A stretch of 64,000 bases of DNA from Thermodesulfovibrionales bacterium (GCA_049302065.1 JBAQLU010000241.1:8756-72755); one strand, 5' to 3'; shown: positions 27,367 through 36,564, counted from the first letter of the stretch. Notes: a model not told the origin generated them from the letters alone. Made by a program: numbers and translations.

Positions 27367-27930
27367 ATGAGCCAGAATTTTATTACAGAAGCAACTGTAT
27401 TTGAGGAAGCCAAAAAAGCGATAGCGGAAACGCTTAATATTGATAAGGATTCCATCAAGCCGGAGAGTTCTCTCATTAAGGATCTGGGCGCAGAGTCTCT
27501 CGATTTCCTCGATATCAATTACCGTCTTGAGCAGGCTTTCGGGATCAAGATGGCACGGCATTTTATCCTTGAGCATATCGAAGAGATGTTCGGTGAGGGC
27601 TCTGCCATTGATGCGAACAGCCAGATTACCGACAAAGCTGTCTCTCTGCTGCAATTCCGCATGGGCGAAAACTTTCCTGAGTTGCGTCCCGGCATGGATA
27701 TGGACGAAGTGCCTGCCCTGGTCACAGTTCAGTCCCTAACAAGGGGCGTGCTGGATATTCTCGACAGCCTCCCTGAAAAGTGTTCAGCCTGCGGAAATTC
27801 TGAATGGCAGTCAGAAAACAGTCTCCGCATCAAATGTGGTTCATGCGGTGAATATGCAGCCTTTACAAATGGCGATGATCTCATAAAGGCCTGGCTGACA
27901 AAGGTCCAGGAAGAAAAGAAGATTTTTTAA
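27367..27930 (+). CDS. Atypical acyl carrier protein with ~100-aa C-terminal extension ending in a CxxC...CxxC zinc ribbon
   Basis: RBS ggagg, then ATG 27367 (MSQNFITEATVFEEAKKAIAETLNIDKDSIKPESSLIKDLGAESLDFLDINYRLEQAFGI). The 'DLGAESLD' motif is the phosphopantetheine-Ser site. The tail contains 'CSACGNSEW...CGSCGEY'. The ORF-track start at 27262 overlaps the preceding gene. Confidence 0.75.
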   Translation: MSQNFITEATVFEEAKKAIAETLNIDKDSIKPESSLIKDLGAESLDFLDINYRLEQAFGIKMARHFILEHIEEMFGEGSAIDANSQITDKAVSLLQFRMGENFPELRPGMDMDEVPALVTVQSLTRGVLDILDSLPEKCSACGNSEWQSENSLRIKCGSCGEYAAFTNGDDLIKAWLTKVQEEKKIF

Positions 27931-27950
27931 TACATCTGCATTCATTTATT

Positions 27951-29246
27951 ATGTCCAGAGAATTTCCGAAAAGAAGGGTAGTTGTAACCGGTTATGGAAT
28001 GATAACTCCCCTCGGGAAAAATACAGAAGAAACATTCAGGAGCGCTGCCAGGGGGCTTTCAGGTATTGATTATATTACCTCTTTTGATACAAAAGGGTTG
28101 CCCTGTCAGATTGGAGGACAGGTACAGGACAGATGGCTTGATGAGATCCATGATCCTGTTGCTCAGCGGTATTATAAATTCTCTGCCCGCGGTCTCAGGT
28201 TGATCAGGGCTGCAACCATCGAGGCAACTGAACAGGCTCAAACTGACAAAATAGCAGCCCGGGAGAGAATCGGCGTCTCTCTCGGTTATCATGCTGATAA
28301 CCCGACTATAGAAGATCTCGTCTTCCTCCACCGGTTCTATAATGGGAATGGTTCCTGGGATATGAAAGGCCTCCTGCAGGCAGGAGGGTACTCGTATCTC
28401 AATTTCTTAAGGAGAAAGCCTGATGTTGTGACATCCATGCTCTCGATACTCTCTAACTGCAAAGGCCCCAACCTATCGATCGTATCCGCATGTGCTGCAG
28501 GCTCTCAGGCAATCGGTGAAGCATACAGGATGCTCCAGGAAGGAAAAGCTGATGTCATGATCGCCGGAGGCTGTGACACCACATTAAATTTTGTAGGGTT
28601 CATAGGTTTTGTGCTGATTAAGGCCTTGTCTGAAAGATATACCACACCCCAAAAAGCGTCGCGGCCATTTGACCGCAAGAGAAACGGGTTCGTGATGTCA
28701 GAAGGCGCAGGGACTATTATTCTGGAAGAACTCGAGCATGCACGCTCACGCGGTGTGCCGGTATACGGAGAGATCCTCGGATACGCCTCCTCTGCCGATG
28801 CATACAGGATTACTGATACGCACCCAAAAGGACTGGGCGCAATTCTGGCTATAAAAGGTGCTTTGGAGGATGCCGGCATCTCTTCTGAAGACGTTGATTA
28901 TATCAATGCGCACGGCACATCCACAGTACAAAACGACCTGACTGAAACTGTGGCGATAAAGGAGGTATTCGGCGAAAGGGCAAGGAGTATCCCGGTAAGC
29001 TCCAATAAATCCATGCTGGGACATAGCATAGGCGCTGCAGGCGCCATAGAGTGCATACTGACACTTGCCGGAATGAATCAATCCACCATCCTTCCCACAA
29101 TTAATTATGAGTTCCCTGATCCAAAGTGCGATCTTGATTATGTCCCCAATGTGGCAAGAACACAGGAACACAGGATCGCCATATCGAATTCATTCGGCTT
29201 TGGAGGGCAGAATGCATGCCTCTGTATCGGCAAATTTGATGGATAG
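27951..29246 (+). CDS. Beta-ketoacyl-ACP synthase (FabF/FabB-like, catalytic Cys-His-His intact)
   Basis: 431 aa. Active-site 'GPNLSIVSACAAGSQAIGEA', 'NAHGTST' and 'GHSIGAAG'. Confidence 0.9.
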   Translation: MSREFPKRRVVVTGYGMITPLGKNTEETFRSAARGLSGIDYITSFDTKGLPCQIGGQVQDRWLDEIHDPVAQRYYKFSARGLRLIRAATIEATEQAQTDKIAARERIGVSLGYHADNPTIEDLVFLHRFYNGNGSWDMKGLLQAGGYSYLNFLRRKPDVVTSMLSILSNCKGPNLSIVSACAAGSQAIGEAYRMLQEGKADVMIAGGCDTTLNFVGFIGFVLIKALSERYTTPQKASRPFDRKRNGFVMSEGAGTIILEELEHARSRGVPVYGEILGYASSADAYRITDTHPKGLGAILAIKGALEDAGISSEDVDYINAHGTSTVQNDLTETVAIKEVFGERARSIPVSSNKSMLGHSIGAAGAIECILTLAGMNQSTILPTINYEFPDPKCDLDYVPNVARTQEHRIAISNSFGFGGQNACLCIGKFDG

Positions 29247-29272
29247 AAAATATAATTACGCCCATTTAAGAA

Positions 29273-30556
29273 ATGTCCCGGACCGATAACCGTGTCGTCA
29301 TAACCGGGGCAGGCATAGTCTGCTCACTCGGCATTGGAAGAGAAGAGGTATGGAACGCCCTGCTTTCCGGTAAGACAGGAATCCGCTCTATCGAAGGATT
29401 TGATGTATCAGAGTTTGAATGCACGTCTGCTGCACAGGTAAAAGATATTAATCCACGAGACCTCGGTATCCATCCAAGGGATTCCCGCATTATGGATACC
29501 CATTCATATATGCTCATGAAATGTGCGCGTGACGCCTTTTCCCAGGCAGGCCTTGATAAGGCTTCCCTCCCGAAAGAAGATATAGGGTTTTTTGCGGGTA
29601 TGGGAATGGTCGACTATAAGGCAGAAGACCTCCTTCCTTCTGTCCTGAAATCCCTGAATTCCTCCGGCAGCCTGAATTACGATATGTTTTATACAGATGG
29701 ATACAGAGAGATTTATCCGCTCTGGCCGTTGTCAATGTTGAACAATATCAGCTTCTGTCAGGTTGCCATAAATCTCGATATGAGGGGTGAAAATACAGTA
29801 TTTTCGCCTCATGCCGACTCCGGCGCTCAGGCCGTTGCAGAAGGGATGCAGACATTGCTGGACGGTACAGCACAGGCTGTTCTTGCCGGAGGCGTCAGTG
29901 AGAAGATATCACCCTTCAGTCTTGCACGAGGTCTTCTCAGCGGCATCCTTAATACTTCGAATGACCTGACAGAACCGGCATGCAGACCTTTTGCTGCAGA
30001 CAGGAACGGGACTGTACCTGGGGAAGGCTGCGGCGTCCTGACACTCGAATCCCGTCAATCTGCAATTGAGCGGAGGATGAAATGTCTTGCATCTGTCACC
30101 GGATACAGCTTCGCATTTGAGTCTGACGGAAAGTTTTCAGGCCCTGCTTCACATGCACTTGGCAATGCAATGCAGGGAGCCCTTAACAGCGCAGGTCTTA
30201 AGCCTTCCGATATTGACCTGATTATCGCACACGGTGATGGAACCATATCAGGAGATAAGAATGAAATCCATGCGATTCATGAAATCTTTGCTGATTGTAT
30301 AGATAAGGTAAATGTATTTTCTTCAAAGGGCGCATTGGGCCACCTCCTTGCAGGCGCGCCTGCTGTTGATGTCATACTCGGAATCTCGATGCTTGAGTCA
30401 GGCATAGTCCCGCAGACAATTACTTCTTCGCCGGACAGCAGTATCCTGTTTAATCTTATTAGAAAACCTTTAAGAATGAACCTGCAAAAGATTCTGATCA
30501 ACTGTCAAAGCTGCGAAGGCCAGGCTGCATCAATTATAATAGAGGCTGTCAGATGA
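29273..30556 (+). CDS. KS-like protein lacking the active-site Cys (chain-length-factor-like partner)
   Basis: 427 aa with a thiolase fold. The aligned active-site stretch is 'GENTVFSPHADSGAQAV', with Ala (29813-29815) where the nucleophilic Cys should be. His motifs are retained ('AHGDGT', 'GHLLAGA'). Confidence 0.8.
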   Translation: MSRTDNRVVITGAGIVCSLGIGREEVWNALLSGKTGIRSIEGFDVSEFECTSAAQVKDINPRDLGIHPRDSRIMDTHSYMLMKCARDAFSQAGLDKASLPKEDIGFFAGMGMVDYKAEDLLPSVLKSLNSSGSLNYDMFYTDGYREIYPLWPLSMLNNISFCQVAINLDMRGENTVFSPHADSGAQAVAEGMQTLLDGTAQAVLAGGVSEKISPFSLARGLLSGILNTSNDLTEPACRPFAADRNGTVPGEGCGVLTLESRQSAIERRMKCLASVTGYSFAFESDGKFSGPASHALGNAMQGALNSAGLKPSDIDLIIAHGDGTISGDKNEIHAIHEIFADCIDKVNVFSSKGALGHLLAGAPAVDVILGISMLESGIVPQTITSSPDSSILFNLIRKPLRMNLQKILINCQSCEGQAASIIIEAVR

Positions 30557-30591
30557 ACAATCCAAGAGCATATTTGCCAGGTATTAAATCT

Positions 30592-30670
30592 GTCATTCCG
30601 GCTCGTCCGGAATCTTTCCGAGTCCCCCTTCATAAAGGTTTAAAAAGGATTGCGGACAAGCCGCAATGAC
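30592..30670. repeat. Family-A MITE-like palindromic repeat inside the lipid cluster
   Basis: gtcattccggctcgtccggaatctttccgag...aaaaaggattgcggacaagccgcaatgac. Confidence 0.8.
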
Positions 30671-30744
30671 AGAACTCATCAAGAAGATGAGGTTTTACTT
30701 ATGGTCTTATTAGTAATTTCAAAACGGAACGTAGAGGAATAAAT

Positions 30745-31188
30745 ATGCGATTTCTATTTTATGATGCAGTTACACATATAGAAAAAGGCAAATCAATTAC
30801 AGGGGTAAAGAGCTTTTCTCTTTCAGAGGAATTCCTCAGGGGACATTATGCAAAGATTGCCATCGTCCCCGGGGCTATTATGATCGAGGCAATGGCCCAG
30901 CTCCTTGGATGGCTGATCATCTATTCTCATGATTTCAGGCTCACTGCGATCATGTCACTGATTGAGGATGTTACGGTCACTTCGACCTTACGGCCCGGGT
31001 TCAGGGCAGAGATCCGTGGTGAAATCGTCTCAACATCAAGGAGAGACTCGCTCGGCATGGCCGGCATATACGTCAACGATAAATGTATTGCTTCCCTGAA
31101 CCGGATCATTTACAGCCATTTTCACGATGTACATTCGGAAGAACTCATTAAGAGGTTCGAATATTACAGCGGATGGAAAATTCAGTGA
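30745..31188 (+). CDS. Hot-dog fold 3-hydroxyacyl-ACP dehydratase (FabZ/FabA-like, divergent)
   Basis: 147 aa. 'FLRGHYAKIAIVPGAIMIEAMAQLLGW' aligns to the FabZ 'HFP..PVMPGVL.IEA.AQ' motif. Confidence 0.75.
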   Translation: MRFLFYDAVTHIEKGKSITGVKSFSLSEEFLRGHYAKIAIVPGAIMIEAMAQLLGWLIIYSHDFRLTAIMSLIEDVTVTSTLRPGFRAEIRGEIVSTSRRDSLGMAGIYVNDKCIASLNRIIYSHFHDVHSEELIKRFEYYSGWKIQ

Positions 31189-32489
31189 ATCCGGATAAAA
31201 ACCATAAAAAAAGAAGGGTAGTCGTTACCGGCCTTGGAATGGCAACCTCCCTTGGTCTTCATGTTGAAGAAAGCTGGGAGAAAGCCCTTAAGGGTATTTC
31301 CGGCATATCAAAGCTCACCCTGCCCTTTGCTGAAAAATCTCCTGTTCAGGCGGTCGGTGAGGTGGGAGAAAAAGATTGGCAGAAGATACAGGAGGAATTT
31401 AAAGAAGAATCCCTAACAGAAGGTGAAAGGAGAACCCTCTTTGCCCTCTGGGCAGCAAAGAATGCGCTCAGCGACGCAGGCATTTCAGACTATGGGAAAC
31501 AGAGAGATAATTGCGGGGTTGCCCTTGCAGCAGGGCTTGGCATCAACAGATTAGAAGACATTCAAAACTGGATTGACGATAGAAATTTTAATATAAAAAG
31601 ATTTGGTAAAGAATACAGTCGCGTGCACAGAGAGTCCATCATGAAAAACAATTCGCACAGGCCTTCAGCACTCATCGGCAATAGATTCGGTCTGCATGGC
31701 ATGAATTGCACTATCACAACAGCCTGTGCATCTGCGACCCAGGCTATAGGGATAGGCTATCGCGCAGTGCAAAGGGGAGATGCTGACCTGATGGTTGCAG
31801 GCGGAGCTGATTCGATGATTAATCCTGTAGGGCTCGTCTTTTTTGTCCTGCTCAGCGCTGCTGCAACCTCATCTGAAAGTCCTCAGACCCTCTGCCGGCC
31901 ATTTGACAGGAGGAGGGCAGGACTGGTTATGGGGGAAGGGGCCGGCATTGCAATCCTCGAAGAAAAATCACACGCTGTCAGCAGAGGAGCAAAGATATAT
32001 TGTGAAGTTGCAGGGTACGGTTCATCAATGGATGCATACCAGGTGACAGCCCCACATCCGCAGGGCCGCGGCGGTGAACAGTCAATGAGGGCTGCTCTGA
32101 ATGATGCTGGTCTGAATAATCATGACATAGATTATATTAATGCTCATGGAACGAGCACAAAACTGAATGACGCAATGGAGACAGTTGCAATAAAAAATGT
32201 TTTTCAGGATCACGCCCGGAGGATTGCGATCAGTTCAAGCAAGTCCCTGATCGGGCATTTACTGGCAGCATCAGGCGGCCCGGAATTTGTTTTCACGGTA
32301 TTGAGCACCGAAAGGAACAAAATCCATCCTACAATAAATCTGACCGGTCCTGATCCAAAGTGTGACCTCGATTATGTTCCGAATGTGCACAGGTCAATGA
32401 CGGTAAGGGCTGCGCTCTCAAATTCCTTTGGCTTCGGAGGGCAGAACGCATCCATCATCACTAAAAAGTATCCTGGAGAAGAACAATGA
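31173..32489 (+). CDS. Beta-ketoacyl-ACP synthase (catalytic Cys-His-His intact)
   Basis: 438 aa. 'GMNCTITTACASATQAIG', 'NAHGTST' and 'GHLLAASG'. Overlaps the upstream DH by 16 nt. Confidence 0.9.
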   Translation: MENSVNPDKNHKKRRVVVTGLGMATSLGLHVEESWEKALKGISGISKLTLPFAEKSPVQAVGEVGEKDWQKIQEEFKEESLTEGERRTLFALWAAKNALSDAGISDYGKQRDNCGVALAAGLGINRLEDIQNWIDDRNFNIKRFGKEYSRVHRESIMKNNSHRPSALIGNRFGLHGMNCTITTACASATQAIGIGYRAVQRGDADLMVAGGADSMINPVGLVFFVLLSAAATSSESPQTLCRPFDRRRAGLVMGEGAGIAILEEKSHAVSRGAKIYCEVAGYGSSMDAYQVTAPHPQGRGGEQSMRAALNDAGLNNHDIDYINAHGTSTKLNDAMETVAIKNVFQDHARRIAISSSKSLIGHLLAASGGPEFVFTVLSTERNKIHPTINLTGPDPKCDLDYVPNVHRSMTVRAALSNSFGFGGQNASIITKKYPGEEQ

Positions 32490-33238
32490 AAATAGATTTA
32501 ACAGGCAGGATTGCTCTCGTTACCGGAGGTTCAAGGGGGATCGGAAGGGAGACAAGTCTGCTCCTTGCACAGGCAGGAGCATATGTCATAATCAATTACA
32601 ACAGGTCAGTGGAAGAAGCTGAAAAGATACGCGAAGAGATTATCCGGCAGGGAGGCAAGGCTGCGATCTTCCAGGCTGATATAGCAAAACCCGGGGAGGT
32701 CGAAAAGCTCTTTGCCTATATCAAAACCACTTTCAATAAAATCGATATCCTGGTCAATAATGCAGGGATTATCAGGGATAACCTCCTTTTGAGTATGGGG
32801 CTTCCTGATTGGGACAGGGTGCTTGAACTGAACCTGAGAGGCGCCTTCCTATGTTCAAAATTCGCTGCTGAAATGATGCTGCTGCAACATGCAGGGAAGA
32901 TCATCAATATTTCCTCAGTAAGTGCGATCAAAGGCGTCCGCGGACAGACAAACTATGCCGCTTCAAAAGGTGGTTTGATATCCTTCACCAGAGCCTGTGC
33001 CGTCGAGTTGTCAGGCAAGGGCATACAGGTCAATGCTGTATTGCCGGGGGTGATTGTCACAGATATGAGTACCAGGGCAAGAAAGAGGGCAGGTGAAGAT
33101 ATCCTTAAAGGGATACCATGCGGCAGGTTCGGAGAACCCCGTGATGTTGCGCTCCTTGTTTTATTTCTTGCATCCAATATGTCAGATTATATTACGGGAC
33201 AGGCCATATCGGTTGACGGAGGGTTAAGCGTATCATGA
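32486..33238 (+). CDS. fabG: 3-oxoacyl-ACP reductase (FabG-type SDR)
   Basis: 250 aa. 'ALVTGGSRGIG', 'NNAG' and 'SSVSAIKGVRGQTNYAASKGG' (Ser-Tyr-Lys). Has a 4-nt overlap with both neighbours. Confidence 0.9.
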   Translation: MKIDLTGRIALVTGGSRGIGRETSLLLAQAGAYVIINYNRSVEEAEKIREEIIRQGGKAAIFQADIAKPGEVEKLFAYIKTTFNKIDILVNNAGIIRDNLLLSMGLPDWDRVLELNLRGAFLCSKFAAEMMLLQHAGKIINISSVSAIKGVRGQTNYAASKGGLISFTRACAVELSGKGIQVNAVLPGVIVTDMSTRARKRAGEDILKGIPCGRFGEPRDVALLVLFLASNMSDYITGQAISVDGGLSVS

Positions 33239-33624
33239 TGAAGATTCTTCAGGGAATAGATATTGTAGATATTTCTAAACTAAAACGCATAATACAGAAA
33301 AACAGCGCTTTTATTTCAGATATTTTTACTGAAAAGGAGAGAGAATACTGCGAGTCGAGGAAAGATCCATATATACACTTTGCAGGCCGTTTTGCTGCAA
33401 AAGAGTCATTTGTGAAAGCCCTCGGTACAGGATTTTCCGGAACAGGCATTGATCATCTCTTCCAGGAGATCGAAGTTCTCCCGGCTCCTTCAGGGAAGCC
33501 GGAGCTTCATGTAAAAGGCTGGGCTGAAAAGCTTGCAAAAAAAAGAAGGATTTGCCAGTGGACTGTTTCTATCTCACATGCATCGGATTATGCCGTAGCT
33601 TCAGTCATTCTAATCGGGAACTGA
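33235..33624 (+). CDS. acpS: Holo-ACP synthase (AcpS-type 4'-phosphopantetheinyl transferase)
   Basis: 129 aa. '[10 protein letters not shown]', '[12 protein letters not shown]' and '[15 protein letters not shown]' are classical AcpS motifs. Confidence 0.9.
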   Translation: MMKILQGIDIVDISKLKRIIQKNSAFISDIFTEKEREYCESRKDPYIHFAGRFAAKESFVKALGTGFSGTGIDHLFQEIEVLPAPSGKPELHVKGWAEKLAKKRRICQWTVSISHASDYAVASVILIGN

Positions 33625-33645
33625 ACCCGGGATACAGGAGGATAC

Positions 33646-34089
33646 ATGCGATATTTGCTTATTGACCGCATCACTGAATGGAAGGCTAATGAAGGTATCA
33701 GGGGCATAAAAAATGTTGCCATGAGTGAGGATTTCCTCGAATTCCATTTCCCGAAAAACCCGATCATGCCCGGTGTGCTCTTGCTTGAGGCAATAGCTCA
33801 GCTTACCGGTTGGCTTGTTGCAGCATCCTCTGATTTCAAAGACTGGTTTCTTATAACAAAGGTTCACAAATGCAAGTTCTATGGTTTTGCATTTCCAGGT
33901 GACCGCGTTGATCTCGAGGTGAAACTGATCCAGGGACCTGAAAAAGATAAAATAATGTATTCGGGTGTTGGTATGGTTGATGGAAAAAAGAAGATCATTG
34001 CTGAGTTTGAGGGAGAGACAATATCTTTTGAAGAGATAGAAGACGCCAATGAACAGAAGAGATTCTTCAAGCTTCTGACGAGGGGATGA
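33646..34089 (+). CDS. 3-hydroxyacyl-ACP dehydratase, FabZ-like
   Basis: 147 aa. Carries the canonical hot-dog DH motif '[24 protein letters not shown]'. Confidence 0.85.
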   Translation: MRYLLIDRITEWKANEGIRGIKNVAMSEDFLEFHFPKNPIMPGVLLLEAIAQLTGWLVAASSDFKDWFLITKVHKCKFYGFAFPGDRVDLEVKLIQGPEKDKIMYSGVGMVDGKKKIIAEFEGETISFEEIEDANEQKRFFKLLTRG

Positions 34090-34092
34090 TAC

Positions 34093-35385
34093 GTGCATGA
34101 CAGAGAAGTAATAATAACAGGAATGGGACTCATAACACCCACAGGGAACAGTGTTACAGAAAACTGGGGGAATGTAAAGGCATTGAAGACAGGGATAGCA
34201 CATTATCCCAATGATGGATTGCCGGGCTTTCTGCAGTTTATGGGGAAGGTCAAAGAAGCCGAAACAGACAGGGATATTCCTCACAAACTCTTGGGGCAGA
34301 TGAAATTTCGGAACCGCGGCTCGATCCTCGGATTCAATGCAGCACGTGATGCATTATCTTCATCCGGTATAAATATCACGGACATACAACCCGGCAGAAG
34401 GGCTTTGTTCATTGCATCAGGAGACACAACAAAAGTCGGCTGTGATTTCATGTATCCTGCCACAAAGGATGGTACCCATGGGAAATGGCAGACAATAGAC
34501 CATGAGAGGTTAAACAGGTCAACCCTCGATAAGGTCAATCCTTTTTTTCTCCTTGAATCCATTAATAATAATCTCTTCAGCTTTCTTTCAGCCTATCTGG
34601 AATTCATGGGACCCAATACAAGTCTTGCAAGCCACTCTCCATGCGGAGGGAATGCAGTCGAACTCGCATGCAGGAGTATCAGACAGGGCAAAGCAGATGC
34701 TGCAATGGCAGCAGGCTGCGGCAACTGGCTCACAGAGATTCCTCTCTATGAGATGGAAGGACTGGGCCTTGTCTCTCAGTGCAGAGATGGTATCCTTTCT
34801 TACAGGCCTTTTGACTGGAGAAGAGACGGCTTTATTCCCGGCGAGGGAGGGGCTGCGCTTTTTCTTGAGGCCTCAGACATTGCTGAGAAGCGCGGTGCAA
34901 CTATTCTGGGGAAAATAAAAGGATTCGGGAACAGCATAGCATTCTCGAATGACCGCGGGATAAGCGTTCATTCACAGGTTACTCTCTGTAGCATTGCTGC
35001 TGCATTAAATGAAACCTCATGTGATCCCGGAGACCTTGCCTTTATCAGCCCCCACGGTAGCGGCTCTCAAAAAGGCGACAGATCCGAACTGAGATCAATC
35101 ATGCAGGTATTCGACAAAGAGAAACATGCAATTCCCATCTGCGGCATGAAGCCTTACACCGGACATCTCGGTGCAGCAAGTGATATTGCCGAGATAATAT
35201 TAGGGATTAAAGCTGTTCAGGATAAAATAGCTCCTGCTACGCTGAACTTCAGGGAGAGTGAAAAGGAATTTTCTGAACTCAGGATATCGGGTTCTCATCA
35301 GCAATGTCAAAAAGATCATTTTTTATCTGTCAGCTATGGCATTGGCGGACAGTCTTCCTCTGTTGTAGTACAGGTTTTAAAGTGA
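34093..35385 (+). CDS. KS-like protein with Ser in place of the active-site Cys (second CLF-like partner)
   Basis: 430 aa with a GTG start. The aligned stretch is 'GPNTSLASHSPCGGNAVELA', with Ser (34636-34638) at the nucleophile position and a Cys two residues downstream. 'SPHGSGS' and 'GHLGAAS' are retained. Confidence 0.8.
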   Translation: MHDREVIITGMGLITPTGNSVTENWGNVKALKTGIAHYPNDGLPGFLQFMGKVKEAETDRDIPHKLLGQMKFRNRGSILGFNAARDALSSSGINITDIQPGRRALFIASGDTTKVGCDFMYPATKDGTHGKWQTIDHERLNRSTLDKVNPFFLLESINNNLFSFLSAYLEFMGPNTSLASHSPCGGNAVELACRSIRQGKADAAMAAGCGNWLTEIPLYEMEGLGLVSQCRDGILSYRPFDWRRDGFIPGEGGAALFLEASDIAEKRGATILGKIKGFGNSIAFSNDRGISVHSQVTLCSIAAALNETSCDPGDLAFISPHGSGSQKGDRSELRSIMQVFDKEKHAIPICGMKPYTGHLGAASDIAEIILGIKAVQDKIAPATLNFRESEKEFSELRISGSHQQCQKDHFLSVSYGIGGQSSSVVVQVLK

Positions 35386-35421
35386 ACTTACTAACAAGAC
35401 CATAAGTAAACCCACATAATC

Positions 35422-35487
35422 GTCATTCCCCGACTCGATCGGGGAATCCAGAAACGACTGGATTCCCCAGTCAAGCTGGAGAATGAC
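35422..35487. repeat. Family-A MITE-like palindromic repeat
   Basis: gtcattccccgactcgatcggggaatccagaaacgactggattccccagtcaagctggagaatgac. Confidence 0.8.
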
Positions 35488-35583
35488 AAAATTTGCATCT
35501 CATGTGGTTTTACTTATGAACTCCTTAGTAAACGCTCCAAATATTTTTTCAATTGTATTCTTTGATACGACTGATGTGCTGAA

Positions 35584-36564
35584 GTGAAGAGTGCAGATAC
35601 ACAATCCCCTAAAAAGGCCAAAAAGAAGCGTTCCAAAAAGGGGAAAACTCTTCAGGTTGTTGAGTATATAGCTGTTTATACCCTTCTTGTCTTTTGCCGC
35701 ATAACACCACTTAAAATCATCCATCTTATAAGCAGCCTGCTGGGAAACCTTTTCTATCTTCTCGTATCGAAACGACGCACGATTGCAATCAATAACCTTA
35801 AACATGCTTATTCAGGAGAGAAAGATGATAAGGAGATCAGAAAGATCGCACGCATGAGCTGCATATCGTTTTTTCTCACTTTCCTTGAGGGTTCAAAATT
35901 TCAGGATGTTTTGAAATCAGACAGCGTTCAGGATGATCTGCGGAAAGCATCACTCGGGCTTAATGAACTTTTTCAGAAGGCAAAAAGAATCCACGATGAT
36001 TCTAAAGGCTGCATTTTCGTGACACCTCATATCGGAAACTGGGAACTCCTGCCCCATGTAAGTTCAGTTGTAGGCATCCCTTTGGTGGTCGTGGTAAGAC
36101 CACTCGACAACATCTATCTCGAAAAACTGATTTACAAAAAACGGGCCGGCAGCGGACAGGTTATTATCCCGAAGAAGAATGCCATGTTCACCCTCCAGAA
36201 GACATTGCAGCATGGAAAATCCATCGGCATGCTGCCGGATCAGAGCACCATGCGGGGGATTTCGGTTGATTTCTTCGGACGTAAAGCTACCACGACACCC
36301 GTACCAGCCATACTTTCTATTGCATACAAAAGACCGATTGTGGTAGTTGCGTGCTGCAGGAGCAGAGATGGATACAGTTTTGAAGGCATTGTCTCTGACC
36401 CTGTTTCGCCCGGAGAATACCGAAGCGAAAAAGAAGAGATCTTTCGTTTGACGGAAGAGATCAACAAAAAGATGGAACTAATTATCCGGAAATACCCGGA
36501 ACAATACCTCTGGATGCATAACCGCTGGAAGACCTATAAACATAAAAAAGCATTAATGACGTGA
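35584..36564 (+). CDS. LpxL/HtrB-family (lipid A biosynthesis lauroyl-type) acyl-ACP-dependent acyltransferase
   Basis: 326 aa. N-terminal TM helix, catalytic 'TPHIGNWELL' (HX4E/D), 'MLPDQS', 'FFGRKATTTPVPAILS' and C-terminal 'YPEQYLWMHNRWK'. GTG start as in the ORF track. Confidence 0.8.
   Translation: MKSADTQSPKKAKKKRSKKGKTLQVVEYIAVYTLLVFCRITPLKIIHLISSLLGNLFYLLVSKRRTIAINNLKHAYSGEKDDKEIRKIARMSCISFFLTFLEGSKFQDVLKSDSVQDDLRKASLGLNELFQKAKRIHDDSKGCIFVTPHIGNWELLPHVSSVVGIPLVVVVRPLDNIYLEKLIYKKRAGSGQVIIPKKNAMFTLQKTLQHGKSIGMLPDQSTMRGISVDFFGRKATTTPVPAILSIAYKRPIVVVACCRSRDGYSFEGIVSDPVSPGEYRSEKEEIFRLTEEINKKMELIIRKYPEQYLWMHNRWKTYKHKKALMT

Noticed and set aside
33610-34284. 224-aa minus-strand ORF overlapping the FabZ-like and KS-like genes
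   Set aside because: It is antisense to two well-supported, motif-bearing genes. Its Cys/His/Phe-rich composition is odd, and it has no start context or recognisable domain. I treat it as a shadow ORF.
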